Positions 43,062 through 49,109 of a DNA stretch of 49,109 nt are shown here, one piece after another. The translations under genes were made by a program, and so were the position numbers. This DNA is from Saprospiraceae bacterium (GTDB lineage: Bacteria; Bacteroidota; Bacteroidia; Chitinophagales; Saprospiraceae): assembly GCA_020628725.1 (NCBI GenBank), contig JAHDEO010000002.1:1-49109 (forward strand), given 5' to 3'. The notes beneath the pieces are model-generated. The model ran no database searches, was not told the origin of the DNA, and saw nothing but the letters and a program-made list of their open reading frames with translations. The number at the start of each line of letters is the position of its first letter. Within the stretch, counting starts at the first letter, position 1.

Positions 43062-44996
43062 ATGGTTTGCCCCCATTATCATATCGTCCGAATATCCATA
43101 TTCATACTATGCCTTGTATGTTTATCTCACCTTGTATCTGCGAAAGTTACCCAACATTGCTTAGGCTCGAATTTGAATGAAAAAGACATCGCTTACGCCG
43201 ACACTATCAGCCATTTTGGTTTTTTGATGGATAAAACAAATAATCTGCCCGTAGATTCAGTAGTTAAAAATGACTTTGAATGGGTGGAAGCTAAGTCATT
43301 CAACGAAAATTGCATTAACCAAGAAAAATTCAAATCCCGCGCTTCTTTTTGGAGACATATTTCTATAATTAATGATACAGATACCATCTACGATTGGGCA
43401 CTTCAAGTACATCAAATAGGCAGTCATGAGATTTATACGAGAAAAAATGACAGCGCAGCTTATGAAGGATTGTTGCGTGAACATGTCAATTATGATGATA
43501 GATTGTACAGATCGGCATGGAATGTTTATCCATTCAAACTGGCACCCGGCGATAGCCTTGAAATCTATGTCAAACGTGAAGTAAATAAATGCAGACGCCT
43601 TGATGTGTCAACTAAGCCATTACACAGAAAAAGATTGGAACTGCTCCAAGCCAATTCTTCATATGAAAGCAAACTTGAGTTTGCTTTTATTATGATTGGA
43701 TTTTTTCTGGCTTTGTTTATGTTCTCACAATTTACAATTCACAGAGACAAATCATATATTTATTATGGAATATATTTATTGATTGGCAGCTTGTACTTTT
43801 TGTATCGTTATGAATTGGAATTTGAGTGTAGTATTTTCTTTTCGGGTTGTATGAAGTATTACTCAAAATTTGAACCTTTCCTGACTTATGGCTTGCTGGT
43901 CTCGTATGCCTTATTTGGGCGGGAATTTGGAAATTTTAAAGGTAAATCTAAAATTCAGGTAGATAAATATGTGAACCGCCTATTATTTTTCGTATTTCTT
44001 GCGCTGGCTGTCCACATACTGATGATTACTTTTTCTTATGATGAATACCTCAGTCGCGCCAATCGCTTGATGAAGATTATTTTGTTGGCTTTTATTCTTC
44101 CGCTTGGTCTTGTTTTTTACCGTCATCGTACAAAGTTGACTTCTCTTTTCCTGATTGGTTCTTTTATATTGCTATTTGGAACGGTCATCGCTTTTATGAA
44201 TAGACTGATTATAGAATCTTTTCCAATATTTAGTGGTGTGCAATACGATAGCTACTTCACTATGCGTATTGTGAGTCTCTTGGATTTTTTCTTTTTCTTA
44301 TTGGCTTTGGCATATAAGGCGCGGCTTGTTCAGGAGGATAAAAATCGTGCAGAACTCGAAGCCCTTGAAGCACAATTTAAAGCCCTCAAAGCCCAACTCA
44401 ATCCGCATTTTATTTTTAATTGCTTGACTTCCATTAAGAGCCTCGTACAACTCAATCGCAATGAAAAAGCCAATACTTATTTAGGCAAATTTGCCCGAAT
44501 GGTACGAATGATACTGGATTTTTCGGATAAACCACTCGTCACACTTCAAGAAGAATTGGAAATGTGCAAACTATACATAGACATGGAAAAAATGCGCTTT
44601 GAGCAAGACTTTGATTACAGACCGAAGATTGCACCGGAAATAGAATCGGACTTGGTGACTATTCCTGCCTTATTGTTACAACCCTATCTTGAAAATGCCA
44701 TACATCACGGACTACGGCAAAAACCCGGCAAGAAAATTCTCACCCTTGAAATTTACCAAACGCCTACGCACATCATCTGCACAATTGATGATAATGGCAT
44801 AGGACGCACCGCCGCAAAAGCACAAGCTGCCGATGACCCACTACGCAAAAAATCCTATGGGATGCAACTTAATCAACAACGCCTTCAACTCTACCGCGAA
44901 AAACACAAGCGCGACATCCAAGCCCATATCACCGATAAATATGATGACCAAGGCAAACCAACAGGTACGCGCGTACGAGTGGAAATTGAAACGTAG
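43062..44996 (+). CDS. Sensor histidine kinase, LytS/YehU type, with a 7TMR-DISM-like sensor.
   Basis: 644 aa. It has a signal or TM segment, an extracytoplasmic ~190-aa domain, and about 7 TM helices. A coiled coil follows (EDKNRAELEALEAQFKALKAQ). The His_kinase motif is LNPHFIFNCLTSI and the ATPase N-box is LLQPYLENAIHHGL. Confidence 0.88.
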   Translation: MVCPHYHIVRISIFILCLVCLSHLVSAKVTQHCLGSNLNEKDIAYADTISHFGFLMDKTNNLPVDSVVKNDFEWVEAKSFNENCINQEKFKSRASFWRHISIINDTDTIYDWALQVHQIGSHEIYTRKNDSAAYEGLLREHVNYDDRLYRSAWNVYPFKLAPGDSLEIYVKREVNKCRRLDVSTKPLHRKRLELLQANSSYESKLEFAFIMIGFFLALFMFSQFTIHRDKSYIYYGIYLLIGSLYFLYRYELEFECSIFFSGCMKYYSKFEPFLTYGLLVSYALFGREFGNFKGKSKIQVDKYVNRLLFFVFLALAVHILMITFSYDEYLSRANRLMKIILLAFILPLGLVFYRHRTKLTSLFLIGSFILLFGTVIAFMNRLIIESFPIFSGVQYDSYFTMRIVSLLDFFFFLLALAYKARLVQEDKNRAELEALEAQFKALKAQLNPHFIFNCLTSIKSLVQLNRNEKANTYLGKFARMVRMILDFSDKPLVTLQEELEMCKLYIDMEKMRFEQDFDYRPKIAPEIESDLVTIPALLLQPYLENAIHHGLRQKPGKKILTLEIYQTPTHIICTIDDNGIGRTAAKAQAADDPLRKKSYGMQLNQQRLQLYREKHKRDIQAHITDKYDDQGKPTGTRVRVEIET

Positions 44997-45083
44997 CGTA
45001 ACGCCTCCGGCTTGCGTTCCCGTAACACATGCGTCTCGCTTGTGCGGGTAGTACGCGGACGCAAGCCGGAGGCATTACGCTAC
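44993..45083 (+). repeat. GC-rich 25-nt inverted repeat with GTAG-headed arms (REPIN-like) between the kinase and regulator genes.
   Basis: gtagcgtaacgcctccggcttgcgt (44993-45017) and acgcaagccggaggcattacgctac (45059-45083) are 24/25 complementary, plus 2 more pairs. The central segment is 41 nt. The kinase stop TAG (44994-44996) lies inside the left arm. Confidence 0.75.
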
Positions 45084-45131
45084 GTTGCTGAAAAATCCGA
45101 TGATTTTATTATCTTTACCTTGTTGCGTCAT

Positions 45132-45166
45132 AATTCATTCATTCAAAATTCATTCACTCATTCATT
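45132..45166 (+). repeat. Copy of the TTCATTCAAAATTCA motif family directly upstream of the regulator start.
   Basis: aattcattcattcaaaattcattcactcattcatt resembles 30939-30974 and 28944-28970. It ends 3 nt before the ATG at 45170. Confidence 0.5.
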
Positions 45167-45169
45167 ATT

Positions 45170-45925
45170 ATGCTCCACACTATCCTGATTGACGACGAAC
45201 AAAAATGTCTCGACGCCCTCGCTTACGATATTAAGCAACACTGCCCGCAGGTCAAAATCATAGACCAATGCACCAAGGCAGCCGATGCCCTCATCAGTAT
45301 CAATAAGCACAAGCCCGACCTGATATTTCTCGACATTACGCTCGATACGATGGACGGCTTTCAACTCTTGGAGTGCCTTGCCGAGATTACATTTGAGGTC
45401 ATTTTTGTGACCGGATATGACGAACACGCCACCAAAGCCTTCCGCGTCAGTGCCATAGACTACCTCCTCAAACCCATTGACAAGGACGACCTGCAAGATG
45501 CCGTACTCAAAGTCATACAAAAGCGGATGCCGCCCCTTTCCCAAGAACAACTCCAAAACCTCCTCAAAAACCTCGAAGCCGACAGCCCTTCACAGCGTAT
45601 TGCTTTTCCCTCGCAGAAAGGCTACAAATTCATCCCCCTACAAGACATTATCTACTGCAATTCCAAAGACCATGTCGTGCGACTCCACCTCACCGACGGG
45701 CGCGTACACCCGCTCAATATGCTCCTGCGCGAAGTACAACAACTACTCGCCGGATACCACTTTTGCCGCATCCACAACTCTACCTTAATCAACCTACAGC
45801 ACCTCGACGAGTTTATCAAAGGTGCCAAAGGCAAAGGCGGCGAAGTCATCATGTCCGACAAAAGCCAACTCACCGTAGCCAGAGACCGCAAACATCAACT
45901 CCTTGATTTGGTCAAACCTGCCTGA
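45170..45925 (+). CDS. LytR/AlgR-family response regulator (receiver + LytTR DNA-binding domain).
   Basis: 251 aa. The receiver has ILIDDE and DLIFLDITLDTMDGFQLL. The LytTR domain has IPLQDIIYCNSKDHVVRLHLTDG and FCRIHNSTLINLQHL. Confidence 0.9.
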   Translation: MLHTILIDDEQKCLDALAYDIKQHCPQVKIIDQCTKAADALISINKHKPDLIFLDITLDTMDGFQLLECLAEITFEVIFVTGYDEHATKAFRVSAIDYLLKPIDKDDLQDAVLKVIQKRMPPLSQEQLQNLLKNLEADSPSQRIAFPSQKGYKFIPLQDIIYCNSKDHVVRLHLTDGRVHPLNMLLREVQQLLAGYHFCRIHNSTLINLQHLDEFIKGAKGKGGEVIMSDKSQLTVARDRKHQLLDLVKPA

Positions 45926-46349
45926 TACACAACAAAAGCAAGCGTCATTCCGCACTACGATGCGGACTTGTCCCGCAACTTGATTCGGGAATCTTTTTGT
46001 CTCAAGAGCCTAACGTCAGACAAAAACCACCCATGATACATTCTACATTGTATCTTTTTACAGATAATCCGTAGCCATATACGTTTTTTCTGTACCCGAT
46101 ACCTATATATACTCTCCATTACCAACAAGCTACTAAACATTCTGATTTTTAGACAGATGAATATGTATGTGTCATATATTTTATGTATTTGAGGTGTTGT
46201 TTGCTAAGTTTATGTCAGATTAATTGATGTAGAACAATATTTCAAACCGTTTTCGTACTAAAAATAGACCTAAATACATTCCAAAGAAGCCCATATTTTT
46301 GAACCAAATACGAAAATCGTACATCAGAAAACCACTAAACCTGACCATT

Positions 46350-49109
46350 ATGAATAGATACACTACACTTGTAATAGCTTACCTATTATGTTCTATTGCT
46401 GTATATGCACAGACAAGCCCCGAACTCGCCGTAGAGCAAGTCCAACAAATGAAAAGTGAGATGGACTCACTTAAATTACAGATTAAAGAATTAAAGCAGA
46501 TACTAAATACGAAGTCTGCTCAGAGTGAAAGTGCTATATGGGTACCCGCCCCTCCTAAAATTATTTCCCCTTTACCAATTGTCAGTGTTCCCGCTGGTGG
46601 CTTGGAGATAGGTATAGATGCAGTAACATTCGGTCCCTATACATTTGCACTGGGACCAGCATCTATAGCATCTGCACCTGGGGCATCTGCACAGGGTACT
46701 AATTGCAAAGCTAATAGTCCTTCGTCAAAAGCATCAGGAGATAGTAATACTACGTGGGGAATCGCCGCCAAAGCAAGTGGTAAAAATACACTTTCTGCGG
46801 GACTTTTCACTAAGACTGATGGAAAAGCAACAGTTGCATTAGGTATCAATTCTTCAGCTAAAGGAGCTTTGAGCTTTGCCATAGGAGCAAATAGTAAAGC
46901 AGACGGACTTGGTACACTTTCTGTTGGGGTCAATAGCAAGGCTTCCGGTTCTGGCTGTATGTCTCTAGGTATCACAAGTTCAGCAGAAGGAACTGGATGT
47001 GCAGCTGTAGGAGATGGAGCTTCAGCTAAAGGAAATTTTTGTTTGGCAACGGGAAAGGGATCTTCGGCTAAAGGAAATTTTTGTAAGGCAGAAGGAGAGG
47101 GATCTTCGGCTAAAGGAAATTTTTGTACAGCGAAGGGAAAATACGCAGAGGCAAAAGGTAGTGATTCTGTTGCCGAAGGAGAATGTTCTAGTGCTGGCGG
47201 TTGCAAATCTGAAACAAAAAAAGAACTAACCCAAGAAATGCAACTTCTCTTGCCTCCAGGATCAAATTATAAGTCCGTTCAAAATAACACAGCATTTGCA
47301 GCTATAGCCTACGGTGCATTTTGTACAGCAGTGGGTGACCACTCCGTAGCTATGGGTAAAAGCACACTCGCACTTGGCACTAACTCCGTAGCTATGGGAG
47401 AAGAAACCCAAGCTATAGGTCAAAACACCGTGGCTATGGGCAAAAACACTCGTGCCATAGGAGATAATACCACCGCTATGGGTTTGAATACGGTAGCTTA
47501 TGAAGAAGGTGGCTCTACTCTAGGTTTAGAGACTGAATCTTGTGGAAGAATAGCCACCGCTATGGGCTACCGTACAAGAGCTTGTGGTTATGTTTCTACC
47601 ACAATGGGCAATCAATCACGCGCTTACGGTACCAATTCTTTTTCGATGGGCTATAAAACCATAGCCGGTGTCCGCAATTATGACCCTGTATTTACCAATG
47701 ACAATAATTCGAGTAGCGGAGTCGGTACTGGAGCGGTTCAGCCTTTAGACACTATCAACTCTGAACATCTGGCAGAAAATGCTATCGCTATGGGCAATCA
47801 GACCGAAGCACGAGGCATCAATGCCTTCTCTACGGGCTTCAAGACCATAGCTCTCAATACCAATGCAACCGCTATGGGCAACCAAACCGTAGCCGGAGGT
47901 CTCAACTCCACTACAATGGGTTACAAAACCGAAGCCACTCACCAAGATGCCATTGCTATGGGCAATCAAACCAGTGCGGTTGCTTACCGTGCATTTGCTT
48001 CGGGCTACATGACCAAAGCCTCCGGCGACGATGCTACCGCTATGGGCAGCGAAACCCTCGCCAGTGGTCCCAAATCCATAGCTTCCGGCTTCAAATCAAG
48101 GGCTACCGGAGTGGCTGCCACCGCTACCGGAGCCAATACCTTAGCCAATGGTGCGCGTTCTACGGCTACGGGCGATAATACTCGTGCTTTCGGCGACGCC
48201 TCTTTCACTATGGGCATACAGACACAGGCTACGGGCAACCGCGCATTAGCCACAGGCACTAACTCACAGGCAGGCGGTGAAAATGCGGTTTCGGCAGGTT
48301 CGTTTACCAAAGCCTTTGCAGATAATTCCATTGCTTTAGGCTCAAAAACCGAAGTAGCGCAAAGTGCCGAAAATGCCCTCGCAGGTGGGTTTTTATCTAA
48401 AACATTGGGCAGTAATTCTATGGCTATGGGAACGTCCGTGACCACTTCGGGAAATTCGAGTGTGGCTTTCGGTTCATTTTCTTCGGCATCCGGCAACTAC
48501 GCCTTTGCCGCAGGAAATATGGCACGTTCCAACGGCAGTCACGCGATTGCAATGGGTTTTAATGCCAATGCTATTCAAACTTCCTCTATCGCACTCGGAC
48601 ATGATGTGTATGCGTATAAGAATTACTCCATTGCATTAGGACGAAATATAGAAAATCATAATACCAATTCGCTGATGATTGGTTTTAATGACAACGATAA
48701 TGCAACACCTGTATTTTATGCCGAAAGAGATAATGTAGGGATTTTACGTACAAATCCGACTTACGATTTGGATATTAATGGACATGTTCGTGTGAATGAT
48801 TTGACAGAATTATCTGACGGTCATTTCAAAAAGGATGTTCAACATATAGGAAATGCAAAAGATATATTGGCTCAACTCAATGCAGTGATTTACAAATACA
48901 AATCGAACCCCGAATGGAATTTTAATGACCGTAAACATTATGGTTTTGTTGCACAAGATGTACAACTGATTTTACCCGAATTGGTCTATCAGGACAAAGA
49001 CGGCTATCTGTCAATTGATTATATTGAGTTGATACCTATTATTGTTGCAGCTTTGAATGAGGAATATGCAACAGAAGATACTACACCTACACAATCCGAA
49101 ATATCAGAA
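46350..49109 (+). CDS. Secreted fibre protein, 3'-truncated by the window edge. It has a signal peptide, a coiled coil, YadA-head-like 14-residue repeats and a peptidase-S74-type intramolecular chaperone (tail-fibre) domain.
   Basis: This gene is not in the ORF track because it has no stop in the window. My translation from ATG 46350 gives 920 codons with no stop. The signal peptide is MNRYTTLVIAYLLCSIAVYAQ and the coiled coil is VEQVQQMKSEMDSLKLQIKELKQIL. Dozens of N(S/T)(V/I)A(M/L)G..(T/S).A.G repeats follow. The C-terminal part reads DLDINGHVRVNDLTELSDGHFKKDVQHIGNAKDILAQLNAVIYKYK..HYGFVAQDVQLILPELVYQDKDGYLSIDYIELIPIIVAALNE. Confidence 0.85.
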   Translation, partial: MNRYTTLVIAYLLCSIAVYAQTSPELAVEQVQQMKSEMDSLKLQIKELKQILNTKSAQSESAIWVPAPPKIISPLPIVSVPAGGLEIGIDAVTFGPYTFALGPASIASAPGASAQGTNCKANSPSSKASGDSNTTWGIAAKASGKNTLSAGLFTKTDGKATVALGINSSAKGALSFAIGANSKADGLGTLSVGVNSKASGSGCMSLGITSSAEGTGCAAVGDGASAKGNFCLATGKGSSAKGNFCKAEGEGSSAKGNFCTAKGKYAEAKGSDSVAEGECSSAGGCKSETKKELTQEMQLLLPPGSNYKSVQNNTAFAAIAYGAFCTAVGDHSVAMGKSTLALGTNSVAMGEETQAIGQNTVAMGKNTRAIGDNTTAMGLNTVAYEEGGSTLGLETESCGRIATAMGYRTRACGYVSTTMGNQSRAYGTNSFSMGYKTIAGVRNYDPVFTNDNNSSSGVGTGAVQPLDTINSEHLAENAIAMGNQTEARGINAFSTGFKTIALNTNATAMGNQTVAGGLNSTTMGYKTEATHQDAIAMGNQTSAVAYRAFASGYMTKASGDDATAMGSETLASGPKSIASGFKSRATGVAATATGANTLANGARSTATGDNTRAFGDASFTMGIQTQATGNRALATGTNSQAGGENAVSAGSFTKAFADNSIALGSKTEVAQSAENALAGGFLSKTLGSNSMAMGTSVTTSGNSSVAFGSFSSASGNYAFAAGNMARSNGSHAIAMGFNANAIQTSSIALGHDVYAYKNYSIALGRNIENHNTNSLMIGFNDNDNATPVFYAERDNVGILRTNPTYDLDINGHVRVNDLTELSDGHFKKDVQHIGNAKDILAQLNAVIYKYKSNPEWNFNDRKHYGFVAQDVQLILPELVYQDKDGYLSIDYIELIPIIVAALNEEYATEDTTPTQSEISE
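47016..47141 (+). repeat. Three tandem 42-bp (14-codon) repeats inside the fibre gene.
   Basis: The units are 47016-47057, 47058-47099 and 47100-47141. Units 2 and 3 share 27 identical nt (ggatcttcggctaaaggaaatttttgt). They encode G(A/S)SAKGNFC.A.G.G three times. Confidence 0.85.

Noticed and set aside
45955-46140. A 61-aa minus-strand ORF downstream of the response regulator, and a ttttgtct..agacaaaa stem (45994-46026).
   Set aside because: The ORF has no features and lies in a promoter-like AT-rich region. The stem is 9 bp with a 15-nt loop and no U-tract, too weak to call a terminator with confidence.
46637-48496. Minus-strand ORFs of 189, 74 and 163 aa (Ala/Pro/Glu-rich).
   Set aside because: They are antisense to the unlisted plus-strand fibre gene (46350 to the window end). 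Its GCN/GGN/ACN-rich repeat codons keep the opposite strand open, and the plus-strand product has coherent domain architecture.

Overview
This is a 49.1-kb chromosomal segment that looks Bacteroidota-like. The evidence is a SusC/SusD pair, two T9SS C-terminal sorting domains, many lipoprotein or signal-peptide genes, and AT-rich spacers. All coordinates and alignments were derived by eye, with no searches run.

Gene content in order:
- nt 2-15640 is the 3' part of one giant gene that is open at the window edge. It encodes 5,212 codons in the window, made of 31 tandem DUF11-like beta-sandwich units joined by acidic DEDDHDP linkers, and ends in a T9SS sorting domain.
- A SusC/SusD pair follows, split by an unusual 372-bp spacer.
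- Next come a ParE/RelE-type toxin-antitoxin pair and a CRTAC1-type (FG-GAP/VCBS + ASPIC/UnbV) lipoprotein.
- Then an outer-membrane barrel candidate, lipA, a hypothetical OM protein, a NADAR protein and a secreted jelly-roll-like protein.
- Then xseB, fabH, a PKD/Ig-like T9SS cargo, a GH31 alpha-glucosidase, yraN, and dacB (PBP4).
- Then a small secreted protein, a 1,126-aa RecB-type-nuclease/SF1B-helicase (Dna2-like) fusion, and a LytS-type histidine kinase with a LytTR regulator.
- Last is a gene missing from the ORF track (46350 to the window end). It encodes a YadA-head-like repeat fibre with a phage-tail-fibre-type S74 chaperone domain.

I saw no rRNA, tRNA, CRISPR, transposase or integrase.

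The most unusual signal is non-coding. Most intergenic spacers carry long hairpins whose two arms are complementary arrays of short tandem units, mostly heptamers. One 36-nt element occurs twice with 36/36 identity, and one of those copies lies inside a signal-peptide coding region. Two palindromes of about 270-310 bp fill entire spacers. One GC-rich hairpin has arms beginning GTAG and resembles a REPIN.
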